32,000 nucleotides of DNA from Sinorhizobium meliloti (GCF_017876815.1 NZ_JAGIOS010000001.1:2940001-2972000); one strand, 5' to 3'. Shown: positions 14,965 through 23,233, numbered from the stretch's first letter. Made by a program: numbers and translations. The notes: a model not told the origin generated them from the letters alone.

Positions 14965-15483
14965 ATGGTGGAGAATTCTGAACTGGCAAGGCAGACGCGG
15001 CACTATCTGGCCGTGCGGGAGCGGTTGGCCCGCCCGGGCGACGCGGCGGGCCGATCTGCTCGCATCAAAGAACTCGAAGGGCAGTTGGCCGACCTTGCTT
15101 CTGACAATGAAGCGAAAGGGCGGCGGATCGCGAGACTGGAAGCCGATCTTGCCGATGCGGGAGCCCGGCTGCTCGCGCAGGCCCGAATCCTGCTTGGCGG
15201 CCGCGATACCGGTGCGTCGAACGAGGACGGCGGCGACAGAGCGCCGATCGAGGAGATCGTTGCCGCCGTGCTCGAGGATTTTCCCGGTGTGAGCTGGGAC
15301 GACATCATCAGCGTGCGCCGGGAGCGCCGGCTGGTGAAGCCGAGGCATGCCTGCATGCGCGCGGTCTATGAGCGCCGCCGGGATCTCTCGCTGGCGGGGA
15401 TCGGCCGCATCTTCCATCGAGACCACACGACCGTGCTTGCGGTCGTGAACGATGGCGGTGCCGGAAGCGGAACAGCTTCCTGA
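14965..15483 (+). CDS. DnaA-domain-IV-like (Bac_DnaA_C) helix-turn-helix protein with N-terminal coiled coil, phage-associated
   Basis: ATG 14965 after GGAGTAGGAG. The C-terminus ISVRRERRLVKPRHACMRAVYERRRDLSLAGIGRIFHRDHTTVLAVV parallels the DnaA C-terminal DNA-binding domain (..R....PRQ.AMYL......S...IG..FG.RDHTTV). Confidence 0.75.
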   Translation: MVENSELARQTRHYLAVRERLARPGDAAGRSARIKELEGQLADLASDNEAKGRRIARLEADLADAGARLLAQARILLGGRDTGASNEDGGDRAPIEEIVAAVLEDFPGVSWDDIISVRRERRLVKPRHACMRAVYERRRDLSLAGIGRIFHRDHTTVLAVVNDGGAGSGTAS

Positions 15484-15624
15484 GATGACACCTTCAGCCG
15501 GGCCTGGTGGCGGGCTCGCGTTCCATATCCACCCTCAGTTCACCTCGGATACCGTCCCGTCCCGCTGCTTCACGGCTGGTCGTCCGCGACGGATGTCTCA
15601 ATCACCACGCTCGAAAGGATTCCC

Positions 15625-16245
15625 ATGTTGACCAAGGCCCAGAAATTGCGTGCAAAGCGCAAGGCACAACTCGGACGGCCGCGGAAGGCCAATGCCGAGC
15701 GCTTTGCCTGCGGCAAGATAAAGCCGGAGTGGTCCAAACAGGAAAGCGAAAAGGAAGCGATGGCGGTGGCGCTTGCAGCGCGCAAGCGCATGCATGGCCT
15801 CGAGGCCAGAGGCGCCCTTGCCGGCTACACGCTCGGCCGGTTGTTTCTCGATGGTCGGATCACCGAGCAGCAGCGGGAGGCGGGCGACGACTACGCGGCG
15901 ACGATGGTGCGCTATTATCATTTGACGGGCATTCCCTTTCCGAGCGTCAGGGCCCAGCAGATCGATCACGTAAGAGGGCACTCGGGCGAGCCAAGCGAGG
16001 CTCGCGCGTTGAAAGCGAAGAACGCGGCGGAGAGGATGATGCGGCTTGAAGGCCTGTTGCTCGGATGCGAGGAGGGGCGGCAGGTGAAAACCACCGTCTT
16101 CAATGTCTGCGTGATGGATTACGAAGGGTTAAGAATGATGCCGGAAGCCCAATTGGATTGGCTGAAGCGGGGCCTGAATGTCCTGCTCTTTGAAAAGGGC
16201 TTGCGTCAATATGGGAAGAAGGATAATTCGTTTACTCCATTATAG
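15625..16245 (+). CDS. Hypothetical phage-associated protein
   Basis: ATG 15625 after AAAGGA. 206 aa with a basic N-terminus (KAQKLRAKRKAQLGRPRK). No family recognised. Confidence 0.6.
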   Translation: MLTKAQKLRAKRKAQLGRPRKANAERFACGKIKPEWSKQESEKEAMAVALAARKRMHGLEARGALAGYTLGRLFLDGRITEQQREAGDDYAATMVRYYHLTGIPFPSVRAQQIDHVRGHSGEPSEARALKAKNAAERMMRLEGLLLGCEEGRQVKTTVFNVCVMDYEGLRMMPEAQLDWLKRGLNVLLFEKGLRQYGKKDNSFTPL

Positions 16246-16343
16246 GAATATTATCCTTATCATGCGCCGCGCAAGAATGCCGGGCATGCCGTTGTCCCAA
16301 AACCGCTGCACTTTTGGGCGATTGAGGTTAAATGCTTTCAATG

Positions 16344-16385
16344 GATCCGCCTCGAACGAGCATGTCGAGGCGGATCGTTTTCTCC
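16344..16385 (+). terminator. Rho-independent-terminator-like hairpin
   Basis: Perfect 12-bp stem gatccgcctcga (16344-55) / tcgaggcggatc (16365-76), a 9-nt loop, then gttttctcc. It sits 100 nt after the 16245 stop and just before the BA14K RBS. Confidence 0.45.
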
Positions 16386-16398
16386 GAGCAGAAAGAAG

Positions 16399-16824
16399 GT
16401 GAGGTCCGTGAAAGCTTCAGCAACGCTCGCCTTAGCGGTGATTGCCGCAGCGATAGGTATGATACCGGTACAAGCCCAGACGTGCAGCACGGGAATTTGC
16501 GCCGGTCGTCCCGCGGGCAGCAGCAACCACAATCTCTTCATCGAGAGGGAATACCGCGACTTCCTGCAACAGCGATATCCGAACTACGGCTCCCGCTATC
16601 GCGGCAGGGCTCCTGATATCGGCATAGGCCCCGGTGCGACGGTAGGTGGCCCTTCGCCCGGAGCGGTGGACAGATCGCGCCTGCGCCAGAGGCAAAGGGT
16701 GCAGTTCGACGCCAATGCGCATCTTCGCTGGTGCCAGGAGCGCTACGCCTCGTATCGCTTGTCGGACGATACGTTTCAGCCCTTTGATGGCGCACGCCGG
16801 CGGTGCAACTCACCTTACAATTGA
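16399..16824 (+). CDS. BA14K-family secreted protein
   Basis: Signal peptide ATLALAVIAAAIGMIPVQAQ. C-terminal HLRWCQERYASYRLSDDTFQPFDGARRRCNSPY is the BA14K domain signature. The start is GTG 16399 or GTG 16408. Confidence 0.85.
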   Translation: MRSVKASATLALAVIAAAIGMIPVQAQTCSTGICAGRPAGSSNHNLFIEREYRDFLQQRYPNYGSRYRGRAPDIGIGPGATVGGPSPGAVDRSRLRQRQRVQFDANAHLRWCQERYASYRLSDDTFQPFDGARRRCNSPYN

Positions 16825-16855
16825 CGTGCTGGACAATTGCCGTGCTGGGAATGCC

Positions 16856-17095
16856 TCAGCGTGTGTTCCGCAGAAGCTTCATGGCGACGTAAGCCGCGGA
16901 CTGTGCCAGAAGCTGGGTACTGAACTGACCCTCCGCCGGATAAGTGACGCCGCGATAGCTGAGCACGAAGGCCCAGCGCCCGTTCGTCCGCTTCTCGACC
17001 TTAATTTCGCCGTCAGGTTTGTTATCTGAGTTCAACGCAGGCTTCCTCGATCGTCGTGCCGTGCCGGAAACCGCCGGCGCGAGTAACTTGCGCAT
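16856..17095 (-). CDS. Hypothetical small protein
   Basis: 79-aa ORF with no convincing RBS and no family recognised. Confidence 0.3.
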   Translation of the reverse strand: MRKLLAPAVSGTARRSRKPALNSDNKPDGEIKVEKRTNGRWAFVLSYRGVTYPAEGQFSTQLLAQSAAYVAMKLLRNTR

Positions 17096-17176
17096 CCGGC
17101 GGCGAAAGGCAAGGGCTCACGTCGACCCGGCAGCTAGCCCAGGCCAGTGCTGGTGAACGCCCTGTTTTGACGACTG

Positions 17177-17374
17177 TCATTCAACCGCTTGCGCAGGGCC
17201 GAAACGCTCCATGACGAACGAAGTCTGGATGCCGCCCTGGAGGCGGTCGGTCTTCTCGAGTTTTACGGTGGCGAACTGGTTGGACGATTCAGGTGTGCGC
17301 TGCCAGGCGGTTGTGACAAATAGGCCTGCACCGACGATAAAGCCGATGGCGACATAGATCCAATGATTGCGCAT
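17177..17374 (-). CDS. Hypothetical small single-TM membrane protein
   Basis: ATG 17374 (MRNHWIYVAIGFIVGAGLFVTTAW...). Its stop codon is TGA. Confidence 0.45.
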   Translation of the reverse strand: MRNHWIYVAIGFIVGAGLFVTTAWQRTPESSNQFATVKLEKTDRLQGGIQTSFVMERFGPAQAVE

Positions 17375-17902
17375 GGACAAAGCTCCTTCTCTCGGGAAGG
17401 CAAAATGCATCGCGGGCAGCTGTGGTTCCCCGGAACGACCGGAATGCGGGACTAAAATTCAGTCTTTAAAAATAAGCGTTCAAAGCAATGTGTTCTCGCC
17501 TCGGCACGCAGCGCCACCCGACATCGAGCACCGATGGCGAATTTGTTGCTGCCTTTCCTGCGAGGCATTATTAGTATCGGAGTATATACCCTAGCCCTTG
17601 AGCATCAGCCTGGTTGGATTGAAGCAGAGGCCAATGTCTTATGCAAGGAAATTATAATATACATTTGTACAACAAAATTTGAGCAGCCTCTTTCGGGCTG
17701 CGCGGCCGCAGCAGACGAACTCACCTTCTGCGGTCCGCTGTAGGACATAGAAATGATTTCCCGTGGGTAATTCGAAAAACGACCGCGGTTCACGTGACGA
17801 AGGCTTGCGCACCGAGGGGCAGTTGCGCTATTCCATAAATCAAGGATAGGAATTTTATCCTCTTCCGGCTTCAGCAGCGTGACTTGTGAGATTTCGGAGT
17901 AC

Positions 17903-18050
17903 CCGCCGCGGCTTGTTTGATCTCCTCATCACTGTGCTCGTCATAGGATCCAGCGAGACCAAGTCCTTGGGCTGGAAGAACTCTTCCCGCGCCGCAGACG
18001 CGGCGCTGCTGGATCTCTGTGACAAGCACAGAGATGAGGGATTGCAGTCC
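17903..18050 (+). repeat. MITE-like palindromic intergenic repeat, copy A
   Basis: About 30-bp terminal inverted arms cctcatcactgtgctcgtcataggatccag (17924-53) / ctggatctctgtgacaagcacagagatgagg (18009-39), with a central hairpin gcgccgc-agac-gcggcgc. It is nearly identical, in inverted orientation, to 24378-24538. Confidence 0.7.
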
Positions 18051-18315
18051 TGCTCTGATCCTCCAGAGGCGATCTCGAAGCGTCCGGCGCTCCCCCCGGC
18101 GCGGCGTGCTCCCTCACTTCCGATTCATGGTTCACGGCGATGCTGCGCGTTCCAAACGCCGCGGCGCCGTGTACGGCCGGCGATGCGCCTTCCGCGTCTC
18201 CCGAATCCGCGAGGCGGATTCGGCGTGACGACGCGTCGATCCCAAACTCGCATGATCCAGACGCCGCAATCGGCACTGAGCGAGTGGCGGCATCGCCGGC
18301 CGGAACAAGAACGCA

Positions 18316-18728
18316 TCAGCGCAGATCTTCGAGTGCGATGTAGAGCGTTCCGAATTCGACGGGGCCTTTGTCGGCCAGCTGCGCCGGGAGCCTGTAGTAG
18401 AGAATCTCGGCATGCGGCGTTCCGTCTCCGATGAATGCTTCTTCCGTTCCGTCGGCGAAGACGCAACAGGGGGCGGGAGCGTCAGGATCGGTGTGGACGC
18501 GGAGGCGATAGCTGTTTCCGGTAAGGAAAAGTTCAGCCGCAGCTCGTGACTGGCGAGTTCCAGGGTGCAGAGATCATTGCCGTCGCACCAGCCTGTCACA
18601 TGTTCGAAGCTGTTGTCGAACTTCTGGACCCAGGCCTTGACGAGAAAGCGGGAGTCGCCGGTTCGCCCGGCCGCAGACGCGGAGACTGCAGCGGTGGCGA
18701 AAAGCATGAAGACGAGTGCACGCAGCAT
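18316..18728 (-). pseudogene. Frameshifted paralogue of the 18748..19188 secreted protein (or a homopolymer sequencing error)
   Basis: Good RBS (GAGGAAAAC-ATG 18728) and signal peptide. The sequence is homologous to the neighbour up to ...ASHELRL. Homology then continues in another frame (LFLTGNSYRLRVHTDPDAPAPCCV...FGTLYIALEDLR, stop at 18316-18). The break lies near the aaaa run at 18527-18535. The span is 413 nt, which is not a multiple of 3. Confidence 0.5.
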
Positions 18729-18747
18729 GTTTTCCTCGCGGAGACGC

Positions 18748-19188
18748 TTACAGTCGCGGAGGCTCGGGCGCCGAGTTGGGCTTGCCGAGATACTCGACGG
18801 CTATGACGAGTTTGCCGAAGGGTGTTCGCCCGGGATCGCCCGATATTCTCGGGGTGTAGTAAAGAGGAACGACGCGGGGACGCCCGCTCCAGAGGCGCAG
18901 CGCGGGAAAACCGGTGCGGGTCACACAGCAGGCATCCTGCTGCGAGGGGTCGGTCCAAAAGCTGAGCGAATACGAGGAGGCCGTCATCTCCCGCAACCGG
19001 ATCACGTGCTCACCGATCGGCACGAAACAATCATCTTCTCCACCGCACCAGCCGGTCGTGTGCTCGAAGCTCCTGTTGGCCATTTGAAGCCAGGCTTTCA
19101 CGAAGTAGCGCGGTTCGCGCGGCTCCCCCGCAAAGGCGGAGACCGTCGAGGCGGCAATGATAAAGGCGGTGGCAAAGTTTCGGCGCAT
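18748..19188 (-). CDS. Hypothetical secreted Cys-containing protein (unrecognised family; paralogue of 18316..18728)
   Basis: ATG 19188 after GGGAGGGAAC. Signal peptide MRRNFATAFIIAASTVSAFA. Conserved FVKAWLQ...SFEHTTGWCGGEDDC...DACCV...FGKLVIAVEYL is shared with the neighbouring copy. Confidence 0.65.
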   Translation of the reverse strand: MRRNFATAFIIAASTVSAFAGEPREPRYFVKAWLQMANRSFEHTTGWCGGEDDCFVPIGEHVIRLREMTASSYSLSFWTDPSQQDACCVTRTGFPALRLWSGRPRVVPLYYTPRISGDPGRTPFGKLVIAVEYLGKPNSAPEPPRL

Positions 19189-19363
19189 GTTCCCTCCCGG
19201 TGTGGCGGTTAACTTTTCGATAATCGCGGTGGTGCAGTCCCGTTGCACCTCATCTGATCCGCGATTCTGGCGCAATTACGGATTGTATACGATGGAAATA
19301 ATTTGCAGAAGTTGCGGGCGTATGTTGCCGGCTCCGGGATAACGACGAGCGGAGAAGTTCTTA

Positions 19364-19726
19364 ATGAATGATCAAAGCGCCACGCCGGGAGCGGAAGCGC
19401 CGGACGACGCGGCGGGAACGCCGGCTGCGAGAGGTGAGGGCAGTCCGTTGGGAGGCAGCTTTCTGGGAGCCGTGCAGGCGGACTTCGCCCGGCATGGTGT
19501 CAACGTAATCGCTCGTATTCGCGAGGAGAAGCCGGAAGCCTATCTGAAGCTCGTCGCATCGGTTCTGCCGAAGGACCTGAGTGCCGCAACCGGCGGGGTT
19601 GACGATTTGTCGGACGAACAGATCATCGACCGGATCCGCGCGCTGGACGCTGCGATTCGGCCGTTGCTTTCACTAAGGAAGAGGGCAGGCGGCCTGCGAA
19701 AGCGCGTGCCGCCTGCGAAAAGGTAA
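19364..19726 (+). CDS. Hypothetical phage-associated protein (possible small-terminase-like; unproven)
   Basis: ATG 19364 after GGAGAAG. The IARIREEKPEAYLKLVASVLPKD...LSDEQIIDRIRAL pattern resembles small proteins that I recall finding next to terminases in Rhizobiales phages. Confidence 0.55.
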   Translation: MNDQSATPGAEAPDDAAGTPAARGEGSPLGGSFLGAVQADFARHGVNVIARIREEKPEAYLKLVASVLPKDLSAATGGVDDLSDEQIIDRIRALDAAIRPLLSLRKRAGGLRKRVPPAKR

Positions 19727-19863
19727 CTTTATAGGGCATATACACATCTGATCCTCTCGCGGGACCATTGCCTTGAGGCACGCGATAGACGGTTTGACCT
19801 TCGCATGCCCAAAACGATGCCGCGGACGAACGCAGAAGCGGAGGCGAGGGCCGCCGCATATAT

Positions 19864-19884
19864 TCTCCCCCACAAGGGGGGAGA
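19864..19884. terminator. GC hairpin tctccccc-acaa-ggggggaga between convergent genes
   Basis: Read directly. It lies 47 nt after the minus-strand 19931 stop and 138 nt after the plus-strand 19726 stop. There is no clean U-tract, so it may instead be part of a repeat. Confidence 0.3.
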
Positions 19885-19930
19885 CGACAAGCGGCTTGAC
19901 CTTCACCTATGAATCTCAACAGGCCTTAGT

Positions 19931-20335
19931 TTAGTGAGTCGGCGCCACTCTTGCCGAGACAGACGCTTCGCTGCTCGAGAAGATGATGACGGCAAAGAGC
20001 AGAACGCCGGCGAAGGCGATGAGCGACGATATGGCGACGATCGGCTCCACGGCGGTGTTTCCGGAGAGCAGCAGGTAAAGCGATGGGATAAGCATTGTCA
20101 CGCCGAAGGTGTAGACGGCGTACTGGATCATGGCCAGCCGTCTTGCCGCCTTTTGAGGATTGAGCGCGTGATAGCCGCCGAAAATCGCCATGGTTACCCA
20201 ACCGAGCAGATTAGCGTGGGCATGGGCCCCCGTTGCGGCATGGTTGCCTGTGATCGACATGTGCAGGCCGATCGAAATGCCGAGGATCAAAAAAACAATC
20301 GCCGTTCTGAAATAAAGATTTGCAATACGTGGCAT
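19931..20335 (-). CDS. Hypothetical 4-TM membrane protein with GAHAHANLLGW motif
   Basis: ATG 20335 after GGAGGGGAAACC. Four hydrophobic helices. No family confidently recognised. Confidence 0.7.
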   Translation of the reverse strand: MPRIANLYFRTAIVFLILGISIGLHMSITGNHAATGAHAHANLLGWVTMAIFGGYHALNPQKAARRLAMIQYAVYTFGVTMLIPSLYLLLSGNTAVEPIVAISSLIAFAGVLLFAVIIFSSSEASVSARVAPTH

Positions 20336-20519
20336 CGGTTTCCCCTCCGAGAAACGAGAAAATTAGCATGATCTCACCCATATGAGAACATCTAGATAAA
20401 AGCGCCTTTCACGCGGCCTCGCTGTTCCGGATGTGACAACTCGGAAAATGAAGACCGGGCTTCGAAGGAAACTGCGCCTTCTGATTGAGTGTTGCCCATA
20501 TATGGGTCGCGAGGGGCGT

Positions 20520-20544
20520 GGAACATATTCTGCCTTTTCGCATT
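20520..20544 (+). promoter_or_regulatory. EcfG/RpoE2-like general-stress promoter candidate (GGAAC-N16-CATT)
   Basis: ggaac at 20520-24, a 16-nt spacer, then catt at 20541-44 (consensus GGAAC-N16/17-CGTT, one mismatch). It sits 130 nt upstream of the DUF3309 ATG. Confidence 0.25.
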
Positions 20545-20673
20545 CGGTAGAATGAACGATGTGCTTTGTAGCGCACCCACGACTTTGGAGGCGCGCAAAA
20601 GTCGCTGCAGAAACTCGGTTTGGCGCGTGATTTCGTTCGCGGAAATTTCGATTGTGCAAGGGAGAACCGCAAT

Positions 20674-20829
20674 ATGCTTGGCACCGTCCTCCTCATTATT
20701 CTGATCTTGCTTTTGATCGGCGCCTTTCCGGCCTGGCCCTACTCGTCCGGCTGGGGTTACGGCCCTTCGGGAATTCTCGGCGTTCTGGTCGTGGTCCTGT
20801 TGATCTTGCTCTTGATGGGCAGAATCTGA
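20674..20829 (+). CDS. DUF3309-family small membrane protein
   Basis: ATG 20674 after AGGGAGAA. The product MLGTVLLIILILLLIGAFPAWPYSSGWGYGPSGILGVLVVVLLILLLMGRI is the typical DUF3309 sequence. Confidence 0.8.
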   Translation: MLGTVLLIILILLLIGAFPAWPYSSGWGYGPSGILGVLVVVLLILLLMGRI

Positions 20830-20854
20830 AGGCCCGAGACAAACAGAGCCGATT

Positions 20855-21196
20855 TCACCAACTCGCGCCGTCGATGAGGCGGTGCGGGATATCTTCCCAG
20901 ACCGAACGCTCGAAGACGCGCATGTTGACCCCCATGCGCGGTGAGCTGCGGCCGACCGGCGACCAGTGGGTTATGCAGCCGCAAACGCCGCAGTGATGCA
21001 TGGTCAGGGTCCTGTCGCCTTGGACATATCCGACGAGCTTTTTCTCAGGATCGGTGATGCTGACCTCGCTGGAAGGATAATAGCCCCAAAGCGTTCCGAG
21101 CCTGCTGCAGAGCGAGCAGTTGCAATCGCCGAGCGTTTCGGGGCGGACGGGGACCGCGACGCGGACCGCCCTGCAATGGCAATGGCCTTCGATCAT
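20855..21196 (-). CDS. GFA-family (CENP-V / glutathione-dependent formaldehyde-activating-like) Zn-binding protein
   Basis: GHCHCRAVRV...CNCSLCSRLG...HHCGVCGC Cys pattern. ATG 21196 after GGGAGAAAATC. Confidence 0.85.
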   Translation of the reverse strand: MIEGHCHCRAVRVAVPVRPETLGDCNCSLCSRLGTLWGYYPSSEVSITDPEKKLVGYVQGDRTLTMHHCGVCGCITHWSPVGRSSPRMGVNMRVFERSVWEDIPHRLIDGASW

Positions 21197-21335
21197 GATT
21201 TTCTCCCATCGGCGCTACGTATGTCAGCGGCAATGCGGACATTATTGATCTTATTCCGGCGCAGTCCAGCAAAGACGAAGCTAAGCTTACGCCGGCTACG
21301 ACGGCAATTCGCAGCATATAGAGGCATGATCACGG

Positions 21336-22769
21336 ATGAGCGTATCCAACCCATCCGAGGGGACCATTGCGTCCGGCCTTTCCGCGATGCTCAGGGAACA
21401 GATGCTGCTGATGGCGGAGCTCCACAGGCGGCAACGAACGAATATCCTCGCCGGTTACCGGCCCTATGCCAAGCAGCGGGAGTTCCATGCGGCGGGCGCG
21501 GCCTTTCGCGAGAGGCTGTTCATGGCCGGCAACCAGCTCGGCAAGACGCTGGCCGGCGCAGCGGAGGCGGCGATGCATCTGACCGGGCGCTATCCCGACT
21601 GGTGGCAGGGCCGGCGGTTCGACCGGCCGATCGTCATGCTGGCGGGCTCGGAATCCTATGAATTGACCCGCGACGGCGTGCAACGGCTGCTGATCGGTCC
21701 GCCGCTGAATGAGGAGGAGTGGGGCACCGGATTTCTCCCGAAGGCGGCGATCAAGGCGACGACACGCCGCGCCGGTGCTTCCGGTGCTCTCGACAGCGTG
21801 ACGGTGCGGCATGTTTCCGGCAGAGCCTCGACCCTTCTCTTCAAGGCCTACGAACAGGGGCGCGCCAAATGGCAGGCCAATACGGTGGATTATGTCTGGT
21901 TCGACGAGGAGCCGCCCGAAGACGTCTATTTCGAGGGGATCACCCGCACCAATGCGACGCGCGGCGCGATCGCGGTCACCTTTACGCCGCTCAGGGGCCT
22001 GAGCGCGGTCGTGGCCAGGTACCTCATGGAAAAATCGCCGGACCGCGCGGTCATCACCATGACGATCGAGGATGCGGAGCACTACACGCCGCAGGAGCGA
22101 CAAAGGGTGATCGACAGCTATCCCGCCCATGAGCGGGAGGCGCGCACCAGGGGCGTGCCGGCGCTCGGATCCGGCAGGATCTTTCCTGTGACGGAGGAGA
22201 GCATTCGTATCGATCCCTTCGAAATCCCGAAGCATTGGGTGCAGATCGGCGGGCTCGACTTCGGCTGGGATCATCCTTTCGCGGCGGTCGGCTGCGCCTG
22301 GGACCGGGACGCGGACGTTTTCCACGTGACGAAGATCTATCGCGAGCGGGAGGCGACGCCGATCATCCATGCGGCGGCACTGAAACCCTGGGGAGCGGCG
22401 ATGCCCTGGGCTTGGCCGCATGACGGATTGCAGCACGACAAGGGCAGCGGCGAGCAACTGGCGGCGCAATACCGCGCACAGGGGCTGGCCCTTCTACCGG
22501 AGCGCGCGACCTTCGACGACGGCACCAACGGCGTGGAAGCGGGGCTCTCCGACATGCTGCAGCGGATGCAGAGCGGGCGCTGGAAGGTGTTTTCCACCTG
22601 CACGGAATGGTTCGAGGAGTTCCGCCTCTATCACCGCAAGGACGGCAGGATCGTCAAGGAACGCGACGATCTGATCTCCGCCTCACGCTACGCCTTGATG
22701 ATGAAGCGCCACGCACGGGCGAACAACGGCTACGCAAACTGGAACTTCACCGCCAGAAAGGTTCTCTGA
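21336..22769 (+). CDS. Phage terminase large subunit
   Basis: 477 aa. Walker A-like FMAGNQLGKT, Walker B VDYVWFDEEP, and a C-terminal RNase-H-like nuclease region (GGLDFGWDHPFA ... DDLISASRYALM). Confidence 0.9.
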   Translation: MSVSNPSEGTIASGLSAMLREQMLLMAELHRRQRTNILAGYRPYAKQREFHAAGAAFRERLFMAGNQLGKTLAGAAEAAMHLTGRYPDWWQGRRFDRPIVMLAGSESYELTRDGVQRLLIGPPLNEEEWGTGFLPKAAIKATTRRAGASGALDSVTVRHVSGRASTLLFKAYEQGRAKWQANTVDYVWFDEEPPEDVYFEGITRTNATRGAIAVTFTPLRGLSAVVARYLMEKSPDRAVITMTIEDAEHYTPQERQRVIDSYPAHEREARTRGVPALGSGRIFPVTEESIRIDPFEIPKHWVQIGGLDFGWDHPFAAVGCAWDRDADVFHVTKIYREREATPIIHAAALKPWGAAMPWAWPHDGLQHDKGSGEQLAAQYRAQGLALLPERATFDDGTNGVEAGLSDMLQRMQSGRWKVFSTCTEWFEEFRLYHRKDGRIVKERDDLISASRYALMMKRHARANNGYANWNFTARKVL

Positions 22770-23233
22770 TGGCCGCAATGACCGATGACGCCTGTCCGCC
22801 TACGTCAGGCGTCTACGATCTCGATCTCACGTTGAAGGTCAACAGCGTGGAGGAACGTTTCGAACACTACGTTTCCACGCCTGACGACTCGATTGGTGCG
22901 AACCCTGCAATCCGTATGTGGATGAAGCAGCATCCGGACTTCCCGGTTCAAAATTATGTACCGCCGACGAAGGAGCAAATCCGTGCGTCGCTTCCGTCAC
23001 TGACCACCCGCCGGCTTCGTCTGGGCCTCCTCAACAACGGTTTTACTCCGTCTCAGGTCACGGCCGCCATTGAGGCAATGCAGGAAGGTCCTGAGAAGGA
23101 GGTTGCGAAAATCGAGTGGGAATACGCGACCACATTCAACCGCATGCATCCGATGATTGGGGCCATTGCCGCCGCCCTGGGAGTCTCCGACGACCAGATT
23201 GACGCAATGTGGTCCACATCTGCCGACCTCTAG
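22769..23233 (+). CDS. Hypothetical phage protein
   Basis: ATG 22769 overlaps the terminase stop (TGATG), with AGAAAGG upstream. It is not portal-like (154 aa). No family recognised. Confidence 0.55.
   Translation: MAAMTDDACPPTSGVYDLDLTLKVNSVEERFEHYVSTPDDSIGANPAIRMWMKQHPDFPVQNYVPPTKEQIRASLPSLTTRRLRLGLLNNGFTPSQVTAAIEAMQEGPEKEVAKIEWEYATTFNRMHPMIGAIAAALGVSDDQIDAMWSTSADL

Noticed and set aside
17534-17743. 69-aa plus-strand ORF in the AT-rich island.
   Set aside because: It has no RBS, atypical composition for this genome, and overlaps the predicted hairpins. I treat it as non-coding.
17886-18434. 182-aa plus-strand ORF, and the small ORFs at 24311..24614.
   Set aside because: They run through the MITE-like repeat copies (peptides such as CDKHRDEG and WIPVTSTGMR are repeat translations) and are not credible genes.
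18132-18728. Reading the 198-aa track ORF as one intact protein.
   Set aside because: Homology to the neighbouring paralogue stops at ...HELRL and resumes in another frame that ends at 18316. The long tail is GC-driven read-through.
21330-22469. 379-aa minus-strand ORF.
   Set aside because: It is antisense to the terminase large subunit, has Arg-rich composition, and shows no motifs. It is a high-GC artefact.
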